Assembly: GCA_905178155.1 (NCBI GenBank)
Contig: CAJINV010000003.1
Location: 3,251,319-3,315,318, forward strand
Source of the DNA: Amoebophrya sp. A120
Lineage: Eukaryota; Protista; Dinoflagellata
Reading direction: 5' to 3'
Length of the DNA stretch: 64,000 nt
Part shown: positions 12,918 through 23,995 of the stretch, piece after piece
Position numbering within the stretch: position 1 is the stretch's first letter
Layout: each line of letters opens with the position of its first letter
Notes under the pieces: model-generated
Seen by the model: the letters and a program-made list of their open reading frames with translations, nothing else
What the model was told of the DNA's origin: nothing
Databases searched by the model: none
Program-made: the position numbers and the translations under genes

Positions 12918-15243
12918 CTACCGCTTTCCTGCATCCTCCTGGCCTCCTTCTTCTTCGCTGCTCATGTTGCTGGAACTTCCCGCCTCGCTCGCCGTCTGCT
13001 CCCGGCGGCCAAGGAGCAACGCCGCGTCCTGCTCCTCGTCCTCCTCGGGATCCAACTCGCTGTCCAGACGGCGCGCCGTCCATCTTTCGCGGCGGCGCTC
13101 CTGCTTTCGCCTCTTCGACGAAGGGTCGAAGAGGTCTTCGTCTTCCGGGGAGCTATAGACTATGTAGTCCGAGGGCGGCTCTGGAGAGCTATAGATTATA
13201 TAGTCGGAGAGCGACTCCTCGTAGTCCGCTTCGGTGAACAACTCCTTGAACTGCTTCTCCTGCACCTGCTCCAGTGCGTCGGCGATAGGTTTGCTCTTGT
13301 ACCTGCTCGCGTGCGTGACACACCAGTAGGGCGTGGGCCACCGTACTTCAGTGTGCTCCGGGGCAGCATACCAACCTTCCGGAAGCTTCGCGGCGACGCG
13401 TTTGTTCGGTGGCAGCAGTACAGTCACCTGCGTGAGTGTTCGGTGGCAACAGTACCAGACTAAGGCGCTCATGCTTTCCGACACTCATAAATGAAAACAG
13501 AGGCGAACAATCTAGATCTACAGCAACATCTACCTGCTGGGTGTAGCCCATCGCGCGCAATTCCCCCTCCGTCGTGAAACCCTTGCGAACCTTTTCGCCC
13601 TCGCGCGCAACCTTGGAAAACGACCGCCAGTCGATGTTGTGCTTCAACTCGATCTGGAACACCTCCTCCTCGGAGGCCTCGGGCTCCGCGTCGTGGAATC
13701 GCTTCGGGATATCAGCCTCCCAAGGGCCGCGGCTGCGAACCTCACCGTCCAAGAGCCGCTTATACACCCCGACCGTGCGCTTCTCGTCTTGTTCTCTACG
13801 GTACGACCGCGCCATAACGGCGACAAGATGGCCTTCCAGGTGTTCTTGCAGTACGTTCACTGCTTCTGCGGTGATGGCAAAAAATGGCGGGGCCTGCTCG
13901 GGCTCGCCATTAACGGCGGAGGCAGTGCTTGAGTCGAGGTCCTGGTCGGACTCGGCCGCCGGGTCGTGGTCCTCGGCCGTGTCCTCTACCGCATGGTCCA
14001 AAATGTCCGTGATCAGCGCGCGCATCAACTTTTTGGAAAACCCGTGGAAGCGGCCGGGCTGCCGTAGTTTCTTCTTCCCAGTCTCGGGGTTGACGACGTA
14101 TTCCTCGTATTCGTCTGCGACCACCTGCCACCGCGCCCCGCCCCGCACCACAAACTTCCCGCCCTGTTCGTCCGCTTGAATCTCTTCGTCGCTGTGATGC
14201 ACCACCTCCTCCTCGCTTTCCCAGCTGTCGGAGGAATCCGAGTCGGGTGCGGCGGCTTTGCCCTTCGCGGGCGCGGCGGCGTTTTTCTTCGCGGGCGCGG
14301 CGGCTTTGCTCTTCTTTGCTGCGGGCTTTCGGCCTGGCCGCTTCTTTGGTGCCGGCTTCGCCGCCTTGCTGCTCGCCGCCTTTCTGGCCTCGCAATGCTG
14401 AAGCAAATGCGCCGGCAGGTCTTCTGGGATCAGACCCTGCATGAGCTTTTGTTGTTGCGCGCTGGAAATGAAGAACAGCTCCTGCCCGTCGATTCCCCAG
14501 TAGTCTTCGAAGACAGAGGGATCGCCCCACTTCGGTTCGACCGAAACCTCCTGCGGCTCGTCGCAGCAATCCCCATCGGAAACCTCCACAGACCAGGCCT
14601 CTAGAGCTGCGTCGTCGTCGAGGAAGAAATAAGCCTGCTCCTGCGCGAAGCTTACGCCGTCAATACCCTGCCGCATTTTTTGGGAGATAAGACACTTGTC
14701 GCGAATGAATTCCTGCAGCTTGTTCTCCAGCTTCTGAACGCAAATCATCCGCGCGGCCGTCGGGGGGCGGGTCCTGCGCTGGGGCTGCCGGCTAATCACC
14801 AGCTGGTTAGCGTACAGCCCGGGCGACCTACCGCTGTTCAAAACTTTCCGCCGGAAGTTTTGAAAGTGCGGTGAGCTCGGTCGCTTCGAAGCGGCGTGGT
14901 TGCGAAGCGGCAGTCGGGGGGCTGGAGCTGCGGCTGGGGTGCTGCTCGCGGCAAGGCTGCGGCCGGGCTTGTTTTGGTTTGAGCTGCTGGAGCCGGGCTG
15001 ATTTTGATCGGCGCTTGCGCTGCTTGAGCTGCGGCCGGGCTCCTGTGGGGCCGGCATCGACATCGTGCGGCGGATCCTTCTCAGCTCGGTGTCGACCTCC
15101 TTCGGATCTATCTTGCTCGGAAGAGGACACTGCCCGTCAAAGGGGGAGAAGAACTTCTTGCGCGGAACCTGCGGGCCGTCGTCGTCCCACAGCCCTGGGA
15201 CCTCCCAGAGGGGGAAGGTTGTGCCGTTGACAACATGCGTCAT
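12918..15243 (-). CDS. Transposon cargo protein with Lys/Ala-rich tract and divergent H3-like histone fold; 2 exons (15243-13534, 13427-12918)
   Basis: Phase-0 GT..AG intron 13533-13428 joins the 631-aa and 188-aa ORFs. 'FSKKLMRALITDI..FAITAEAVNVLQEHLEGHLVAVMARSYRREQDEKRTV' resembles H3 alpha1/alpha2/L2. The 5' end is uncertain. Confidence 0.6.
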
Positions 15244-16041
15244 CTCAACAACTACAAGCGTTTCACTTTAGCACCTACCTACTTACTTGGCCGATGATCC
15301 CTACCTATTTTATTTCTATGCTTTGCGTACTCCCTCGCGCGCTTTTTGCTCTGTGTATGGTTGTCACAACTAGCATCGCACTTTTGTGCTCTAATCCCGC
15401 CGGCGGTATGACGTGGCCTGTACTTCTTAGTGCACTAATCCCGCCCGGCGGTGTGATCTGACTCATATCTGTAGCTCGGCGGGTCCAGTTTGCTGGTGGA
15501 TCTCGCTCTGCGTGGTTTGCGGCTCTTTCTCTTTTTCATTTCTACACGTGCGAACATTGCGACCAAGTAGCGGCCCGGGCGCTGCTGTTCTTCTGAGCGG
15601 CGTCGCTCATCTAAGAGCGATTCATCGGAGAAGCTACTTCCAGCTATGATGACGATCTCACTTAGCAAATCTAGCAACTTCATGCGACGCTCAGAATATG
15701 ACGACACAAAAGCCAGAAAAGCACGTTCCAAAAAGTGCCATGCATGTTGTGCGGACTCCTTTGAGGAGCAGGACTATAAAGCGGCGACGTTTTTCCATTC
15801 AGTTGCCACTCTTTTCGTGAAGACCTCATCATACAGTACTCGATAGTTTGTGGAGCAGGGATATTCTGAAAAGGAAAACACAACAATGATTACGCTATGC
15901 CGAAACTGAAAACGTCTGCTATGAATATGATAGTCAGAAGGAGGAAAGTATATCGATATAAGCGAAGAGAAAATAACTTTGCTGACCGAAGTACTGCAAC
16001 ACAAACGATGGCCATGCAGACGGGTACTGAGAGATCTCTCT

Positions 16042-19000
16042 CTAGAACATGTTCGCGCGAAAGCCACTGGGGCGCTGTTCTCCTGCCAGCGGGGCGCTGT
16101 TGTCCTCCTCCTCCGCGTTAGTGTGCGGCACTTGGAGTTTGCTGACCTTCGCCGCGAATCTGCTGAACCACGCCGCGGCCAGTGGCTGCAACCGGTACCA
16201 CGGGAGCCCGGTCGGGCGCCGGCACGTGGCCTTCAGGGCCAGCACCTCCCTCCTGGAGGGGAGGAACCCCGCGCCGGACGCGCGCCGGTACGCTTCCTCC
16301 ATCTCGTGGATTTCTTCCCGACACAATAGCCGGAACACAGCCTCGCCCGCTCTGTTGACGTTCTCAAACATGGACCGGATGCACTGGACATTGTCGCCGC
16401 TTAGGTGCGGACTAATCAGGCCGCTGATGGTCTGCGCCCGGGCGTTCCATTCGAACGGAATACCGTAACGCTTCCAGTCCATGGGACGGAGGAACCCGTT
16501 GTTGGCCAAACAGATAACGGAGTCCGCTTTGTCGGCGGTCCATTGGGTCGCGCCCGGGGTCCTGATGTGGAAGTTGTGGTTGAGGGACTATAAGTGTTGG
16601 GGGACTAGCAACAAAGAAGAACAGCGAAGCAGAGCAACACAAGGCCCTGCGCATGCTTAGCATAGCAACACAAGTACCATTTCCGGTAGTCATCCAAGGA
16701 GGCGCGCGATAAGGCTGCGGCATCCGCCCCCAGAATGTCATCCAGTTCCTCCGGCGAGGGCAACTCTTCCACGTACGACCGTGGTGCCGGTGGTACCTCC
16801 GTCAAGTAGCAGCCAAGCTGCTCATGGTGCGGGAGCTTATCCCACGAAAGGGCCCGGTATCTCTCATGCAGGCGCGCGACACAGTTCAGCTCCGACAAGA
16901 GCTTGTCGATGACGCGAGCCGACTCGATTGCCGCCTGGAGGAGCACCATTATCTGCCGACTCAACGTCCACGTTTTCTTCTGTTGTAGTGGTCAAGAGTC
17001 GTTTTTTTTTGGCGCTGTTGCGGTAAGTGCTAACGTTGGTGTCAGTATGGTGGTGCTAGCGCCACAGTATCAGTATCTCTAGTTCTTGCGTTATTGCGAT
17101 AGTTTCCGCCCTCTTCGGAAGACGGGCGAACAACAAGAAAACAGCCGCGGGGGCGCCTAATGCTCTACCTCCTCCGCAGCAAATTCGTCTTCCAGGCTCC
17201 CCTTCTTCGTTTGCTTCTTTTTGGATTTCGGTTGCTGATCCCAGCGAGGAAGCATGTGGTAGTCAATACCAGCCAGGTAGCTGACGTACTGCGCGGACGA
17301 CCCGTTCCACACCTCTCCGATCCCAACGGCGACGTCTCGTTCGTTCATTGCGCCACCCTTCGCCCGCTCCTCCAACGCGCGGAGGTCATCTACTACCTGA
17401 TGTTAATGCGACGAATTGCCCGCATTTCGCTGCGCCAAATGGCTACGCAGGAGCATTTCGCTTGCACTGAACCACAGCAAATGTGTATGTAGGAGCTTCC
17501 ACTGAACTAAAGCAAGTGTGTATGTAGGAGCATTGCGGTGGTATGTTTATGCAGTTGAGCCCAATGTTTATGCAGGCGCATCAATGCGCATCAATGTGAT
17601 CACTCACCTTTTTCATCGGAGACATCAAGTCGACTTCCAGGCTTTCGAAGAATTTCGTAAATGAGTCCAGAAGTGTGGACGGCACGCCCGGCAAACGCGG
17701 CCGCGTTTTTAGCAACGCAAGCACTACCATTCTCGAAGGGTCACTCGAAGCCGGAACCATGAGACTGTAGTCCGGCGCCAGAACGTCCCAGGTCTCCGTG
17801 TGTTCCGCGAACCACTTCGCGACGGCGTCAAGCAGCTCCACTTCCTCCCCTCCCACGGCGGGGATGCGGTATTCGTGGAGCATCACCATGGCTTCGATGA
17901 AGTCAGTCGCGAAAAAAACCCACGCGGAGACTCCATTTTCGACCGCTCGGAATAACGAAGCGACAAAATTGTCGAGATGGAGTGGCTGCAATGCCTCCTC
18001 CTCAGGCCAATTGTCCGGGACTGTTGTGCAGGGGTACGGCAATACTGCTGCGCAAGTGCTGAGCAGCTTGCTATCTAAAAAAGATAAAGATACTGAAGAT
18101 ACTGCATCTATTCACTGGGTATTCACTGGGTGTCTCTGCACAATGATACTACTCACACTACGCACAATAGAAATACTGTTCGTGCGCTGGGTGAACGTTC
18201 TGAAGCTCGGTCGCTCGGTGAACGGGTAGTGCCGGTACGGGTTCTGGCCCGTTGGCGCGAAACGGCGGGGGGCTCCGCTCGCACCTAAGTCATCGTCCTC
18301 GTCGTCAGAGAGTGACATTGCCCCGAACCTCTTGTTTGGCGTGCGGGATGGATGGCCGGGAGCGTTGTCCGGCCGCGGCGTCGCATCGGCGTCCTCCACA
18401 AGGACCTCGCGTTTTTGAGCACCGGGGTCCCCGACGATTCGGAGGTGCATACTAGGCAACTGCCCGGGAAGGAGTGGGGACGGCGTTGGAAGACTTGCAA
18501 CCGGCTGGCCCGGATCTGTTACCTGGAGGTTATAGGAACAAGAAGGTTGAGGAAAGAGAATTCACAACCACGTGGTCTTCTACGGCCAACATCACAGCCA
18601 CATGTTCTTCTACGGAATCTGCGGCCAACATCACAACCACATGTTTTTCTACGTCCTGTGGCGGCGCCGTCGGGCCCGACGCGCGCGAGTGCTGTCTGTC
18701 CTCCAAGTTCGGCTCGAGGGCTTCGCTCGATCGCGCGCCGGGGGCTGAGACGATTCGTTGGCGCATGCTGGGCAACTGCCCGGAACGGAGTCGGGACGGC
18801 GTCGGAACACCTGCAAACGGCTGGCGCGGATCTGTTACCTGGAGGTAAAGGGAAAAACAATTGTCAGGCCTGTAGCGCCATGTATTGGCCGCGCTTTTTC
18901 TGCTATGTTATGCGCCAGCCAACATGAGAACTTCGCACGTTCTTCTACCTGCGGCGGCGCCGACGGATCCGACGACGTTTTGTTCTCCCCGTTCGGTTTG

Positions 19001-21772
19001 TTCTCCTCGTGCGGTGGGTGTCCTGAACGAAAGCCACCGCTTGCGGTCCGGCGCACCTCCGGGTCTGCTCTAGAGGAGCTTGGGGCGACCTGCTCCCCTT
19101 GCACTGTTCTGCGAGTGGACGCGCCCTGCGCCCCCGCGGCGGACTCCCAGCGCGCCACAGCCCGGGCAATCGGCTCGCCTGTTCCGTCCGGTTTGTTCTC
19201 CACGTTTGGTCTGCTTTCTGCGAGGGCGCAGCTGTTTCCTCTTTTCTGCACGACCGGTTTGTTTTTCTCCTGGCCGGGAAACACTGCCTCTTCTGACCGA
19301 GAGACTCTCTCTTGTGCCGTTTGTTCTCCGCGTTCAGTCTGCTTCCTGCGAGAGCGCAGCTCCTTCCTTTCTTCTGCAAGGCCGCTCTGTTGTTTTCCTG
19401 GCCGGGCAGCACTGCTCCCCCTGGCCGAGAAAGGCTGTTTCGTGTGCGGGTTGCGAGAAGGACTGTTTCCCCCGTCCTGGACTATTCTGTTCCTGCGAGT
19501 CGCGCCGCCCTGTTCCTGAATGGAACTGAAACAGTTGGCGAGGTCCAACGAGGGCGATACGGATGACCGCGACGGCGATGTGAGGTGATTCCAGACCCGG
19601 TGATGGTCACCATGCAGGAGCGGACTGGAGTGGTTCTGCCGCCCTGGCGTGCGTCGCGGAGCGTCCCGCGCCACCGGGTAAGCGTTTGCAGTCGCCCGGC
19701 GGTGGCCCGTCGCCCGGCGGTGGGGACTGTAGACGGAATACGCCCGGGGCGAATCGTCGCGGTGGCCCGTCGCCCGGCGCAGGGGACTGTCGTCTTCGCC
19801 CGGAGGTGCCCGGCACTCTCCTTCCAGGAGCCGTGCTCGTGGCAAAGGCAAACCCTGCGGCATACCCTGCGGCATCCGATCTTCGGCTGGGGGCGTCGCT
19901 TCCGCATTATTCTGCTGGGGGGAGGCGCCAGCGTCCGCAGCAGAGTAGTCCGCTCTCGGACCGTGGAGCTGCTTCAGGACAGCGGTGTCGTCCGTAAAGG
20001 CGTAACCGGATACCTCGGCCAGGTACGCCTGCAGCAACTCGGGATCGACCCGATCCGTTTCGCACCGGGCGAACCCGGTCCGGGCCGCAAGCATCCCGAC
20101 AATTTCGCACAACAACCGCGTGGGCCGCTCCCCGCCGAGCTGCACCAGCTCCCGCGCGCCTGAGTGACCCCATTTTTCATCAGATTCACGCAGAAGATGT
20201 TATTTTGAACCATGAAGGAGCTCTTTCAACTAGAACTCTTTTCAACTAGAACGACCGACTCTTTTCAACTAGAACACATGAAGGAAGCAAAAAGGAAGCA
20301 AAGGAGTACGGTGCAAGAACGGGTCGACACACATCACAAGTTCTCGGTCCAGAGCGTCGGGACCCTTTTCCTTCTTCCGCCTGATGTAGCTGGCCAGTTT
20401 GTCCGTGGGGTTCCTCACAAACTGGGAAACTATCGCCGCCATCATCGTTCCGTACGTCGCCCTCTGGGCGGGGTTCAGTGGGTCTTCAAAACCAAACGGC
20501 ACCTGCAACTGGGGCGTCTCCCGGAGCCACCGCCTCGCGTCCTTCACCACTATGCCACAGGAAGACGCTGGCAGGGCATACGCGCACTGCCAAGTAGGCG
20601 AGTAAGCACCGTCGAGGCGCGACTAAGAAAGCACCTCGAGGTGCTACCCCTACGAGTATGGCTGTGACTACACGCAAGCCCTGCCAGTTTTTCCGGTGGG
20701 ATACACTCCTTGAACTGCAAGAAGTACGCGGGCCCAACCACGGAAAGATATCCAGCAGGTGCAACTTCCTGCGCGGCGATAAATAACTAGCATCATACGC
20801 GGGAGCATGAGCATGACAAACGGGCGCCGGGCGTCATATGCGACGCAGCATAACAAAGTGCCGGCCTATCGAGCAGCAAGTCGCATGTTTTGGATACTAA
20901 TAAACGAATGGCGATCTGGCGGACCATCTCGCGAACCGCCTCCTCCTCGTTCGCGTGCGCAGCTATGAACTTGTCGATCCACTCCACCTGTATCACAATC
21001 GTTGAGCGTTAGTTAACATATCTCATCACCCTCATATCACACGCTCGAGGTCACAGGTCTTCAGAACGAGCAACCCAAACGGCTCACCTGTAACTTCGCA
21101 CGCCTTTGCGTCACGGCGCGACTCTGACGCGTGTGCTGGTTGAAGATTGGGGGGAACGCGGAGAGACAAATCTCCAGGTCCTCCACGCCCAAAGGGCTCT
21201 CCTCCAGGGTCTTGTCCGCCGAGACGGTCCACATCGGCTTCCTGGTCCCGCTGGCCGCCGCCGCGGCTTGCGCGAGCAAAAACTTCGCGAACGCCGACGC
21301 CTTGGCGAAGTTCAAGAAGGACTCCTCCGCGTTTAACTTTTGCAGCTCCTGCACGGCAAAAGCCACCTGAGTTCCATGTTGAATGTTGATGTCGGTCGAA
21401 GCTAGAGAATGAGGGGCGCGTACTGTTCATGCCTGTCAGAGCTACACTACAAAATGACTCATCAGAAAAGATATCAGAAAAGAGTGAAAAAATGGCAGCA
21501 GGCAGCAGAGCAAAGAAGCGAAGGAAATGCACCACGTCAACACCGGGCCCGTGTCGTGTTGCGAACGCCAGGTGGCACGCCGTATCCAGTTCCGCGTTGT
21601 GGTCCCAGACCTCCTGCGACTGCTTTGGTATTTTGTAGTGTAAAAACACGCCTTCCCGGATCTCCGATACGGTTGCGCGCCGCTTGGTAACCGTGTCCCG
21701 CTCGTCGACGAGCGACTGCTCGTCCTGCAGGAGCGGCCCATCGTCCTCCAGAAAGGGAACGGCGTTCAGCAT
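16042..21772 (-). CDS. Multi-exon (~12 exons) orphan cargo gene of unknown function
   Basis: Successive minus-strand ORF pieces (21772, 21366, ~20990, ~20770, ~20550, 20145, ~18840, 18459, 18042, ~17400, ~16980, ~16560) bounded by canonical sites, e.g. CAG|GTGAGC near 21087, CTCAG|GTG at 21366, AAG|GTGAGT near 17607. Not every junction was resolved. Confidence 0.55.
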
Positions 21773-21869
21773 GCTTCCGCTTCCTTCACGTCAGTAGTTG
21801 GTGTCGTTTCGTCTCCCTTCTCGCTCTTTGGCGTCCTTCGGTTGACTCCGTCTCCTTGTAATTATTCTG

Positions 21870-23170
21870 TCGGTGTTGCCGTCTTCCTTTCCGCACTTTG
21901 GCGCACTTGGAATGTCTCCGACCGTTGTTGTTTCCGCGCTTTGGCGTACTTTGAATGTCAAAACTCCGGTATTGTTGTCGTCTTTCTTTCCGCACTTTGG
22001 CGTACTTTGACTAGCGCTAGATGAGAGAACACACTGTCTTATCTGCTAGCGCAATGAGAGAATCGCTGGAGCCTCACGCGACAGGTGCAGCCGATTTGGT
22101 ACGTAGTCGCTCGGAAGAGCGCGGGTCACATACACTGCGCAACGCGCTTTGCACTCTGAGTCAGCTCTTTGGGCTTTTTCGGTCTCTCCACTGTGGACAC
22201 GCGGCTCGCTCTGTGTCAGCTCTTTGGGCTTTTGCGGTCACGCCACACCGTGGACACGCAACTCTCTCAAGGGCTGTTTTGACAATGCCAGGCGCTCACT
22301 CTCTCAAGGGCTGTTTTGACAATCCCAGGCGCTCACAAAAGTTTGACATGTGCGCGTCCGTCCCTCACAAGAGATTGCCTTGTACGTGCGCAGTCTGACA
22401 ACAACACGGCGGGTGAGCGTGTCCTACAGAGCACAGCTGTGGAAGGTGTGATCCGTCTGGCTATCTTGGCAGATCAGATCGATGATGTTGGATTCGTGCC
22501 AAGTAGATTCGTATGAGTTACTTTGCTTCCTTGCGCTGTTGCACTATGACGCTGATGCGCTGTCGCAAAAAACTAAGGTCGTGAACGTGTCAAAATTTTT
22601 TGAAAACTATGGCCGTGGACGTCTCACGTAGAAACCACATCGACGCGCTTTCTCGAGCGTCGTCAAACAGAAACAGTCTTGTGAATGCGACTAGCGAAGC
22701 AGTCTTGTGAATGCGACAAGCTGCTGGCGATATGGACGTCAAACAGAAACAGTCTGGCGAATGCGACAAGCTGGTGCTGGCAATATGGACGTGAACGCAA
22801 TAAAAGACTATGGACGTGAACGCCAAGTTGTGGCATCGAAGTGGCGTTCTGGCATCGAAGTCGTGTTGTCTAAAAGAGTATGGCCTTCAGCCTCAGCCTC
22901 AAGATACGGAAGCTCTGTCATCGAAAAAATTGTGCTATCTAGAGCGTCACATTCATCGTGTTGCCTAAAAGAGTATGGCCTTCAGCCTCAAGATACGGAA
23001 GCTCTGTCATCGAAACAGTTGTGCTATCTAGAGCGTCGCCTTCAGTCTCATGAGACAAATAGCATGAAGCTCTGTTATGGAAGTGGAAAAAGTACGACGC
23101 TCGGTTATCGAAGTTGTGCTATCTAGCGCGTCACCTTCGAGCTGTGCTATCTAGGGCGCCACCTTCAGTT
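21870..23170. repeat. Degenerate short direct-repeat block upstream of the multi-exon cargo gene
   Basis: 3x TTCCGC(A/G)CTTTGGCG.ACTT, 2x CTCTCTCAAGGGCTGTTTTGACAAT, 2x CTAAAAGAGTATGGCCTTCAGCCTCA, 4x TGTGCTATCTAG. Confidence 0.75.
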
Positions 23171-23687
23171 TTTCATTTTCTCATGAGAAAAATAAGCAAC
23201 AAGCTCTGTGATCGAAGTTGTGGCGTCTCATGAGATGAAAAATAAACAGCGACTTACCAATAAACACCACCCTAACAACCAACTTCACTTTCCCGCACTA
23301 GGAGAAGACATCTCGCCAATCTTCACTTTCCGCACCCGGAGCACTAGGAGAAGACAAGGCTCTTACGACGCTGCGGCGGAGCAGACCGGTCGCTACGACC
23401 GCGATCGCTGTGGACTGCTGTGGCCGACGGGGAGGGCTCGCGGTGCTACCGCCTCCGATTCGTGCGGATCCATGGCGAACCTGCCCCCTCCACATTGTTC
23501 TCCAGCAAACCCCGCGATCCCATGGCCCAGGTGACACGGGCCCCATCGCCTCGCGGTTTCCTGGTTCAGTCGACCGGGAAATCGCGACCTTTGTTGAGAG
23601 ACGAAAACCAAACAGGCCCGAGAACGCGGGCGCGAGCCGATTTGCTCGGCCGCGCCACCAATCTCGGGCCGGTAGTAATCAAATTTG

Positions 23688-23799
23688 GTTGTTTGAGGTC
23701 CTAAACCCGCCGAGCTAAAACTGCGATTTGCAGTAATCACGGCCCCCGTTTTCTGCGAAATCGCAGATTCAGGTCGGCGGGTTAAGGACCCGAAACAAC
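23688..23799. repeat. Imperfect ~46-bp inverted repeat (hairpin) with ~19-nt loop
   Basis: GTTGTTTGAGGTCCTAAACCCGCCGAGCTAAAACTGCGATTTGCAG vs reverse complement GTTGTTTCGGGTCCTTAACCCGCCGACCTGAATCTGCGATTTCGCAG. Confidence 0.8.
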
Positions 23800-23995
23800 G
23801 AAACGGAAACCAAACCGCGGGCCTGGCGCCGATTTGGTCGCCCTCCCCAACCCGGCACTAGACCCACGACTCTTCAACCTGGTCCGGGGTGCCAGGGGCG
23901 TCGATCCCATCTGGGGCGCGAGACCGCCGCGGCAGCAGCTGACCAGCCCCAACACCCCCCCCGGCTCGGACTGCCACTAGCGTCCACCCGCGGAC

